Of a DNA stretch of 64,000 nt, positions 56,943 to 64,000 are shown piece after piece. The notes below the pieces were generated by a model, which ran no database searches, was not told the DNA's origin, and saw only the letters and a program-made list of their open reading frames with translations. Numbering within the stretch: the first letter of the stretch is position 1; each line of letters starts with the position of its first letter. The position numbers and the translations under genes were made by a program. Source of the stretch: Spirochaetia bacterium (GTDB lineage: Bacteria; Spirochaetota; Spirochaetia; SZUA-6; Bin103); the NCBI GenBank assembly GCA_965203055.1, contig OZ241863.1, positions 3,744,001-3,808,000 on the forward strand. The letters run 5' to 3'.

Positions 56943-59900
56943 CGGAGCTGACCTCCTCGGTGATGTGCTCTAGTGCATCCTCGACAATGGTGCGCGTCCG
57001 GTCCGGGCCGGCAACGGTGGCGATTGCGCGCAACGACGCCTGCAGCCTGGAGGTGGCGATGTCCACGACGGCCTGGCTGCGAACGCCGTCGGCAGTCGTC
57101 GAAAGGCTGAGCACGGCATCCTCCACTCGGCGTATCACGGCGCCGAGCTCTCGCTCAAACACCACGATGGAACTATCCTCCCACCGATCGATGCGCTTAC
57201 CGACGAGCAACGCGGCCAGGGCGTCGGCCATTGCCCGATCGGTATCGTAGCTCATGCCCGTCCGCGTTATCAAGGCGCGTGCAATGCCATCCTTGACCTC
57301 CTTCGCCACGCTGCCCGGAAAGAACTCGGCCCATGCGCCCACGACCTGACGAAGCGTTGCGGCCTGCCTGTTCTGCGCTAGAAATGCCGAGCGGATGGCG
57401 CGTTCGGCTGCTTCGTAGTTCCAGTGCACGACGCCCTCCATCTCTGTCTTGCAGTCGCTCAGCGCGTGCAGCAGATCATCAATGCTCGACCCGTTCGGAT
57501 CAAGTGCGTCGGGCAAAGCATTGAACAGCAACCGATACGGATCGATAGCCGTGGCGGACATGAGTCGGCCGAACGCCCGCCCTCGGGGCGAAAGATACCG
57601 CGACGTAAGCGCGCTGTGCGGGAGGGTGCTGCGCCACCGCATCAGTGCATCATGGCAGCGTCGCACCGGGTCAGCCTCCACCGCGCCATCTTCCGTGAAA
57701 CCGAACAGCGCGGCAACCCGGTCAAGGAATGCCTTCTGATCAAAGGTCAGTTCAGGGACCAGCACCTGGTACTCGGCCGGGTGGGCGGCCATCGCTTCGA
57801 TAGTCGAGGGAAGCAGGTCATTGACGTATTCCCCATTGATCCGGGTGATGCTGATCGGACCGGGAAACGCCCGCAACGCCGCCGCAAGCAGAATCGGGAC
57901 AATCCCTTCCCGTACACCGTACGGAGCTGCGCTGAGCAGAGAAGTCAGATCCCCCAATGGCTTGGGGCGTCCCCCAGGGACGGTCAGGAAGTCCCGCAGG
58001 TGCTTCCAGACATCACGCAACCCAGGATCCGCCAACTCCTCGGGCGCGGCATAACGCCATACCGAGCCGCCGTCTTCCCGTCCACCGTCGGTTCGATACA
58101 GACCGGTCATGAGCAGCACCGTCCGGAACATCGACATGTCGGGCCGATACCCTTCCAACCCCAGGTTCTCAGTACCCGAACTCTCGAGAATACCCAGAAC
58201 CAGCTTCTTGCGCGCGTTGACGACAACCGGGCGAGGCCGACGCCGCACGATCATCTCATTCTTGATGCGCGGCGTACGCGGGTATAGTGTCCGCATGATC
58301 GTCGAGAGTAGCTGCCGCAACTCCTTGGCCGACGCGATCTCATGGAACCGATTACCCCATAGATACTCCGGTCCTTCGGCGGAAGGCTGAGACATCCGGG
58401 CGACTTGTTGGCTGAGATACCCCTGCGAGTCGTCGATCATCTGCGCAAGCTCCGACTCGACGAGCGGGTCCTCGGCTAGCAGGCCGGTGTCCTGCCGCAA
58501 CAGTTGCAGCGCGCGCACTTCAAGCGCGTTCTCGGCGATCGGAGCGACATACCGTGGCAGCGCGACGATTACGCCGGTCTCCGGCGTCTCCGCAACGAGG
58601 CGCTTTCGAACTTCCTCCGTCTCGTCGTACGAATCGGGAATGACCACGTACAGCGTGCCGTCTGGCGCTGACGGCGGGAGCGCTTCCGCCACGCTAGCCG
58701 CAGTAATGACGGCCCCGGCGGCGACATAGCAAGTATCGAAGGATCGTTCGATACCGTACTTGACGTTGTAGTCAATCGGCTTCCACGGTGCCAGAGGCGC
58801 TTCTGAGGTCAGAAACGAGACGTGATCGAATCGTGGCCGCAACCGATCCTTCTCCTGATCGAGCCGCCCGCGAAGATCAAGATCGGTACCGTGCCAGACG
58901 GATACGCTGTCTGCGTTGCGTCGATAGAGCAGCAGCTTGGCGTCGATCAAGCGTATCACGCTGTTGCTCGCCGTCCCGTCCTTCCGGTACCCGGACACTG
59001 CGTACTCAAGCAGCCGCCGGCTGACGCGCGAACGCTCCCCGATCAAGCCAAGTCCGAGCAGGCAGGCGCACTTGAGTGCCTTCTCGTCGATGCCGCCTAC
59101 ATTGTGCAGTGCCGCCTCGGTCTCCAGCCACGTGTGATAGCTGCCGCCCGGCAGGGTGTCCGCGCGCATCGCGTCGGAGAAGTAGTCGTACAGGCTGTCC
59201 GGCGAAACGGGAGCGGCCGCATCAAGCGAGTTGAGGTAGGTGAACAGGGTCCGTTCGTTCTGGGCCACTCGGGCGGAGACTCGCGGCAGCAGATACAGGG
59301 TCAGTGGCTCCAGCGGATAGGAGTCGGCCAACGTCCGCTCCATCTCTTGTTTCGAGAAATCGCTGAAAAGGCCCACTTCACGGCATCTCCGTACGCTGCG
59401 GTCCACCAAGTCCGACGAGGGAGCGTTCGAGGACCTGATTTGGCGCACGATTCGGCTGACCAACTGGTACAGCTCCTTGCTGTCGTCGACGAACTGGACC
59501 GTCTCGAACCGTCCCTCGATCTTCTTCCACTCCCGCTGTACCGTCACCGAGGTGTTGGCGGCGTAGCGTACCAGTCCCTGATGGAGCAGTAGCGCAAAGG
59601 TCGTCGCCGCCCGCTTGGTGCGCGCGCAGAATTCCGCGAGCGTCTGTACGTCGGACAAGTCCGCCGCCGTTCCGCGGAGGATTAGCTCCTCGAGATGGCG
59701 GCCGAATTCATCCCAGACGATCGCCAAGCGGTCAATCGGCTCCGGGCAGTAGCGATCGCGTACCGCACTGAGCAACGCGATGACGTCGTCCATCGAATCA
59801 GCGCGCCGGCGAGACACCAGTGCCGCCGCGTTCCTGTTGCCCGTCCGCCGAAGCGACGTGATGAGAGACTCCTTGATGGCGGTCGGGAGATGTCGCTGGA

Positions 59901-60339
59901 AGCCGGATAGGGCGACGGTGGCACCATGTCTACCGAACAGGGGCATCTGCTCGCTGCCGATACGCGACCTCAGTTCGTTTGCAAGTTCGCCGTCGACTCC
60001 GGCGAACCGTTCGGTGACCCGCTCCAACACCACGTCCGCCGGGCGCAGATTCTCGACGACCTGAATGAAGAACGCCGCGGTGAGAGACTTGCCGGTTCCG
60101 TACGGCGCTACTACGAAGTAGCTTGAAGACCCATCAGGCTGCAGCAGCCACGACCGCAACAGCCGGGCGCTCTTCGCCGTGGGATGAAAGTGAGCGATAC
60201 GCTGCGGTGCGGCGCCGTCGAGCGTAATGTTGATGGAGCGCAGGCGCATCGCCGTTTCCAGCATGGATTCATCCGCGGCGGGAACAGCGGTGCCGTTCTT
60301 CCGTATCTTGGTCAAACTCCTGGTGCTCATCTCAGGCAT
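56935..60339 (-). CDS. sspC: Large P-loop ATPase, SspC-like
   Basis: RSINI, Walker A APYGTGKS, Walker B IVWDEFGRHLE, EWKKIEGRF, YPLEP, QNERTLF and APYGVREG motifs; ~1130 aa. Confidence 0.75.
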   Translation of the reverse strand: MPEMSTRSLTKIRKNGTAVPAADESMLETAMRLRSINITLDGAAPQRIAHFHPTAKSARLLRSWLLQPDGSSSYFVVAPYGTGKSLTAAFFIQVVENLRPADVVLERVTERFAGVDGELANELRSRIGSEQMPLFGRHGATVALSGFQRHLPTAIKESLITSLRRTGNRNAAALVSRRRADSMDDVIALLSAVRDRYCPEPIDRLAIVWDEFGRHLEELILRGTAADLSDVQTLAEFCARTKRAATTFALLLHQGLVRYAANTSVTVQREWKKIEGRFETVQFVDDSKELYQLVSRIVRQIRSSNAPSSDLVDRSVRRCREVGLFSDFSKQEMERTLADSYPLEPLTLYLLPRVSARVAQNERTLFTYLNSLDAAAPVSPDSLYDYFSDAMRADTLPGGSYHTWLETEAALHNVGGIDEKALKCACLLGLGLIGERSRVSRRLLEYAVSGYRKDGTASNSVIRLIDAKLLLYRRNADSVSVWHGTDLDLRGRLDQEKDRLRPRFDHVSFLTSEAPLAPWKPIDYNVKYGIERSFDTCYVAAGAVITAASVAEALPPSAPDGTLYVVIPDSYDETEEVRKRLVAETPETGVIVALPRYVAPIAENALEVRALQLLRQDTGLLAEDPLVESELAQMIDDSQGYLSQQVARMSQPSAEGPEYLWGNRFHEIASAKELRQLLSTIMRTLYPRTPRIKNEMIVRRRPRPVVVNARKKLVLGILESSGTENLGLEGYRPDMSMFRTVLLMTGLYRTDGGREDGGSVWRYAAPEELADPGLRDVWKHLRDFLTVPGGRPKPLGDLTSLLSAAPYGVREGIVPILLAAALRAFPGPISITRINGEYVNDLLPSTIEAMAAHPAEYQVLVPELTFDQKAFLDRVAALFGFTEDGAVEADPVRRCHDALMRWRSTLPHSALTSRYLSPRGRAFGRLMSATAIDPYRLLFNALPDALDPNGSSIDDLLHALSDCKTEMEGVVHWNYEAAERAIRSAFLAQNRQAATLRQVVGAWAEFFPGSVAKEVKDGIARALITRTGMSYDTDRAMADALAALLVGKRIDRWEDSSIVVFERELGAVIRRVEDAVLSLSTTADGVRSQAVVDIATSRLQASLRAIATVAGPDRTRTIVEDALEHITEEVSSDG

Positions 60340-61255
60340 GCACCAACTCCCTGGCAACGACGTCGAAGTGCCGCGCCAGCAGCCTCGGGGCCGGCGTACG
60401 GTCGAAGCGAAGCTGTCGGTCGCCGGCAAGGCCGCTCATGGCAAGTGGCGCGTCGGCGCCGTTCGCTTCCAAGTCCACCAGATGTTCAAAGAGCGCGTCG
60501 GACGACAGCGCCAGTACCTGTGCCGGGCCACTCTCCATCCGCTGCAGGTCGTGCAGCGTCACGTCGACGGTGCCGGCGCTCTCACCCATCATCAGGTCCG
60601 GAGTCTGCAAGGCGTACAACAATACCTGCGAAGGTATGGACTTGCGACGACGGTTCAGTTCGTAGTAGCCGGATGCGCGGAAGTGACGGATGATCCTCAG
60701 CTCCTGAAACGGACAGTCGATTTCCTCCTCCGGGTCCTTACGCCGGTAGGGCACTTCGACCGCATAGCTTCCCAGGAAGCAGCTCACGTCGCGCTCCAAC
60801 GTCTTACGCGTGGCCGAGCGCCGCGAGCTCACGCGATCATGCTGTTCGAGCTGGGCCACTACCGTGGCTCGTTCGAATCGGCTTGATGCATAGTGGTTGA
60901 AGAACCAGTGCCACGTTGCCGCGTGAGCCGGGGTGCGCACCAATTTGATATGCAGGAACCACCACGTGCCGGGATCGAGAAACCATGGATCGTGGCGCGC
61001 GACCACCTCGCCAAGCTCAGAGACCGCCAAACGGGGTTGCCCGTCGCGACGGCCGCGGCCTCGGCGCTCGATCTTTTCTGCCAAGCCGGTGGCCAGCAGC
61101 CAGTGCTCGATGGACTTCGCCATGTTTCGGCCCACTCCGAGAATGTCCGCGACGTAGGGGTTGTCGAACTTGCTCGGATCCTCCCGGAGCAGCGCGAGCC
61201 CCTTTGCCAGCCAGCCCTCGCGGATGAAGAAGGTCTGATGTCCGCCAAACCGCAT
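60332..61255 (-). CDS. sspB: DUF4007 family protein, SspB-like
   Basis: FGGHQTF.IREGWLAKG, LGVGRNMAKSI.HWL, DPWF.DPGTWWFLH and CPFQEL motifs. Confidence 0.8.
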   Translation of the reverse strand: MRFGGHQTFFIREGWLAKGLALLREDPSKFDNPYVADILGVGRNMAKSIEHWLLATGLAEKIERRGRGRRDGQPRLAVSELGEVVARHDPWFLDPGTWWFLHIKLVRTPAHAATWHWFFNHYASSRFERATVVAQLEQHDRVSSRRSATRKTLERDVSCFLGSYAVEVPYRRKDPEEEIDCPFQELRIIRHFRASGYYELNRRRKSIPSQVLLYALQTPDLMMGESAGTVDVTLHDLQRMESGPAQVLALSSDALFEHLVDLEANGADAPLAMSGLAGDRQLRFDRTPAPRLLARHFDVVARELVHA

Positions 61256-61256
61256 G

Positions 61257-62411
61257 CTACGCCGCTCCAATACGGTGCAGACGAGACACCAAGTCCCGGT
61301 AGGCGTCGATGACGCAACGCGCTCCGCGTTCGGCTTCTTCCGGCGTGTTGAGAACACCGAACGAGAATCGGAGCGAAGCGTATGCCTCCGTCTCCGAGAG
61401 GCCCATCGCGGTAAGCACGTGCGACGGCGTGGGCCGCGCGGTCGTACACGCGGAGCTCTGCGAGCAGTAGAGCTCGCGGTCGTCCAGGGCGGCGATGAGC
61501 ATCGTGCCGTCGATGTCGGGAAAGCGCAGATTCGAGGTATTCCCCACTCGGTGATGACGGTCACCGTTGACCGTCACCCCCGGTTCGGCGGCAAGGACCG
61601 CCTGCTCGAAGGTGTCGCGGCATGCCGTCAGCAAGGCGGTGACGCCGGTCAGGTCCCGCACTCGGTCCGCCGCGGCGGTGCCGAATCCGACGGCGCCGAT
61701 CAGATTTTCGGTGCCGCCGCGCAGACCCTGTTCCTGATCCCCCCCGCCGACGAGCGGCTGCAGCACCGACGGGTCGCGGGCGTACAGGGCGCCGCAGCCG
61801 GTCGGGCCGTGTATCTTGTGCGCGGTCACGCTCAACAGATCCGGGCCATGCTGCCGGCCGACGTCGACCGGGAGCTTGCCGAGCGCCTGCGCGGCGTCGC
61901 AGTGGTACAGGGCGCCGGCTTGATGACTGATCTCCGCTACCGCCTCCACCGGTTGGACGACGCCGGTTTCGTTGTTCACGGACTGCACGGACACGAGCGC
62001 GGTGTGCGCGTTGACCATATCGGCCAATCGATCAAGGTCGATGCGGCCGGATTTCGCTACCGGCGCTTCATGCACCACGTAGCCGCGCCGGCTGAGCAGC
62101 GCGGCGTTTGCCGTCACGGATGAGTGTTCGACCGCGCTGACGATGATCTCGTCGCGCTCCCCGCGGGTCTGCGCCGCGGCGACGGCCATGGCGTTCGCCT
62201 CCGACCCGCTCGCCACGAACAAGACGCATTCGGATCGCGCCCCGAGTGCCGCGGCCACCTGATCGCGCGCCTTCTCAAGCAGGGCGCGCGCCTCATGACC
62301 GAGGCGGTGCGGGCTTGACGGGTTGCCAACCGGACCGGCGATCAGCGATTCGACGCGGGCTCGCACGGCGGGGCTCAAGAACGTGGTAGCGTTGTTGTCG
62401 AGGTAGATCAT
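61257..62411 (-). CDS. sspA: Cysteine desulfurase (IscS/DndA/SspA-like)
   Basis: IYLDNNATT, GNPSS, NNETG, HCDAAQ, TAHKIHGP, RGGTEN and catalytic SSAC motifs. Confidence 0.85.
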   Translation of the reverse strand: MIYLDNNATTFLSPAVRARVESLIAGPVGNPSSPHRLGHEARALLEKARDQVAAALGARSECVLFVASGSEANAMAVAAAQTRGERDEIIVSAVEHSSVTANAALLSRRGYVVHEAPVAKSGRIDLDRLADMVNAHTALVSVQSVNNETGVVQPVEAVAEISHQAGALYHCDAAQALGKLPVDVGRQHGPDLLSVTAHKIHGPTGCGALYARDPSVLQPLVGGGDQEQGLRGGTENLIGAVGFGTAAADRVRDLTGVTALLTACRDTFEQAVLAAEPGVTVNGDRHHRVGNTSNLRFPDIDGTMLIAALDDRELYCSQSSACTTARPTPSHVLTAMGLSETEAYASLRFSFGVLNTPEEAERGARCVIDAYRDLVSRLHRIGAA

Positions 62412-62472
62412 CGTTTCATCGCCCGGCCAACCAAGACGGTATAGACCGTACCACATCGGTTTCTGGAAGTCA

Positions 62473-63927
62473 CTACGCCGGCCTTCCAGTAGACGCCGCC
62501 CACGCTCGCGGCCGCAGGTTGCGCTCGCGCACGATCAGGCCAAACGGTTCGTTATGCATCAGGACCCTCCTGCCCAATACAACGGCCCGTTCGTCCGTGC
62601 TGCCTTCATCGAAGCCGAGAATCTGCTTCCCGATGAGCAGTTCCGGCTCCGCGTTCGTCGAGTGGTCGAAGAATCGCACCTGCTGACTCTGCAGGTCGAT
62701 CTTCACCCGCGACCTCAGGCGCGGCCGCGCCTCCCGCACGTCGCTGAGCGAGAACAGGGAGAGGCGCGGCGATGTCTTGTGGATCTTGATCACGTCCGCG
62801 CGGTCGAGGTCGCCTGAGAACAACTCGCCAAGGCGCGCGTAGATCTGCAACGTGGGGTCAAGGGACGTCAGATCGCGCCGGGCGACGAAGTAGCCGTCGG
62901 CCGTATTCACCCCGACCGGAGCGTCCTCGCATAGCCGCGCCACCCGCTCCGCATCGCCCGCCGCGAACAGGTGCTCGTCGCTCAATTGCTTGAGGTGGCT
63001 GTAACTGCGGAAGTAGTAGCGAATGTCGTAGCGGGACGTGGCCGGCAGGTCGCGCAGCCGCGGCACCCCGCGGAACCGGCAGATCGCCATGAACGTCAGG
63101 AACTGATTGGTATGGCGGCGCCGTTGCTCCGCGAGCTGATCCTGCGCCAGCGCGCCGGAAGCTGCCTCCCACAGATCGGCAGGTGCAAGACCATACTCTG
63201 CGGCGACCGGCAGCGCGGCGGTTTCGCCGGCCGCGGGTGGACGAGCTCGGGCCGCCGCGAAGTCGACGTACGCCGACCACTCCTCCGCGTGCTCCGTCTG
63301 AAAGGCCGACATGAGTGCGGTTCGCAGCACGCGCTTGCGCTCCCGAGGGATGCCGCGGACGAGCGGCACGGAACGCTGAATGCGATTGAGCAGGAAGGCA
63401 TGGGCATCGGCGCTCTGTCTGAAGATCAGAAAGACGCCCGCTTCAAGCGGGATCGGCGCGACGCCGAGGACCTCTTCAAGGTACCGTCCCGCCTCTTCCT
63501 GGTGGTAGTACTTCTGAAAGGTCTGACGCGACGTAAGTAATCCGTCCCCATAGGGTTGCGCTTCCCCGGAATAGGTCGCGGAGCCGACCAGGACGGCGAC
63601 GCACAGGCATCCACCGGCGAGATCGAACGCCCGCCGCAGGGCGTCGGCCCGTTCGGCCGGCCGCTCGATGACGTTGAGCACGTACCCCAGGTTGACCACT
63701 GCCGCGCCGCGCCGCGCTTCGTCCGGCCGGTGCGCCGGGTCCCAGCCGTGCGCGTCGTAGCCGAGCGACCGCAGGAAGCGCACGTCGTCGCCGAGGCCGC
63801 AGCCGTAGTCGAAGAAGGTGTGTTCCGGCGTGAGGACGCCGTTGCCGATGAGCAGTTGCACGGGCCGGGACAGGTCCGATCGCGCTATCGCGGTCCGGTC
63901 ACGCCGTACTTCCACCGAGCTACCCAC
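62473..63927 (-). CDS. DNA phosphorothioation-associated putative methyltransferase family protein
   Basis: RTAI.R..LSRP, FDYGCG.GDD, GWDP.H, VNLGYVLNVIE..ER, DG.LT...TFQKYY and D.IKIH motifs; adjacent to the PT genes. Confidence 0.8.
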   Translation of the reverse strand: MGSSVEVRRDRTAIARSDLSRPVQLLIGNGVLTPEHTFFDYGCGLGDDVRFLRSLGYDAHGWDPAHRPDEARRGAAVVNLGYVLNVIERPAERADALRRAFDLAGGCLCVAVLVGSATYSGEAQPYGDGLLTSRQTFQKYYHQEEAGRYLEEVLGVAPIPLEAGVFLIFRQSADAHAFLLNRIQRSVPLVRGIPRERKRVLRTALMSAFQTEHAEEWSAYVDFAAARARPPAAGETAALPVAAEYGLAPADLWEAASGALAQDQLAEQRRRHTNQFLTFMAICRFRGVPRLRDLPATSRYDIRYYFRSYSHLKQLSDEHLFAAGDAERVARLCEDAPVGVNTADGYFVARRDLTSLDPTLQIYARLGELFSGDLDRADVIKIHKTSPRLSLFSLSDVREARPRLRSRVKIDLQSQQVRFFDHSTNAEPELLIGKQILGFDEGSTDERAVVLGRRVLMHNEPFGLIVRERNLRPRAWAASTGRPA

Positions 63928-64000
63928 CCGTGCGCAACAACTTGTGGTCCCGGATCGTCAAGCCGCGCCGTTCGAGCTGCCTCGACCACCCACGTTCGTG
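63920..64000 (-). CDS. Partial CDS (C-terminus only), probably related to the PT-associated methyltransferase family
   Basis: Reads HERGWSRQLERRGLTIRDHKLLRTGG*; the stop overlaps the downstream GTG start. Confidence 0.5.
   Translation of the reverse strand, partial: HERGWSRQLERRGLTIRDHKLLRTGG

Larger units (their letters stand above)
49088..64000. other. Defence island inserted downstream of menB (extends past the window)
   Basis: Clustered R-M remnant, PT genes, helicase and nuclease; visibly lower GC than the flanking genes. No integrase seen in the window. Confidence 0.75.

Noticed and set aside
56130..61255. BREX type 4
   Set aside because: It shares DUF4007, an ATPase and a PAPS reductase, but no pglZ or brxL is visible, and a dedicated cysteine desulfurase leads the module, favouring Ssp. 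Sequence beyond the window is unseen.
52393..62411. Canonical dndABCDE
   Set aside because: The PAPS-reductase protein is short (270 aa), and no SMC-like DndD or DndE is present.
1..64000. tRNA, rRNA, integrase, transposase or att sites
   Set aside because: None was recognisable by eye; tRNAscan, Infernal and ISEScan would be needed to exclude them.

Overview
High-GC bacterial chromosomal segment. The 'AGGEAD'-type signal peptide on a family-5 solute-binding protein, orphan SBPs, FG-GAP/ASPIC-UnbV paralogs and scattered defence cassettes weakly suggest a symbiotic Spirochaetota-like genome; this is inference only. Positions 1-49 kb are mostly housekeeping and metabolic genes: ABC SBPs and permeases, GH4 alpha-galactosidase, FGGY kinase, trkAH, sixA, Fpg/Nei, PolB, an AddAB-like pair and menH-menB. 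Lower-GC accessory cassettes are interspersed: a P-loop ATPase plus a 41-aa-repeat TPR protein, an AAA ATPase plus DUF3226/TOPRIM protein, hicAB, and an orphan HTH-N4C methyltransferase. There is also a secreted vanadium-haloperoxidase/ASPIC-UnbV operon. From about 49.1 kb to the window end lies a defence island inserted after menB. It carries an SspABCD-type DNA phosphorothioation module (cysteine desulfurase, DUF4007, large ATPase, PAPS-reductase family) preceded by a PT-associated methyltransferase-family gene. Instead of sspE or sspFGH, it is followed by a lower-GC cassette of SNF2 helicase, GIY-YIG nuclease and DGQHR/DndB-family protein, apparently recombined in within the 3' end of sspD. 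This is the best candidate for an undescribed system. A hairpin-dense ~350-nt non-coding leader with unknown genes, and several internally deleted gene remnants, also deserve attention. No rRNA, tRNA, CRISPR array or transposase was recognised. All family calls come from motifs read by eye; no database searches were run.
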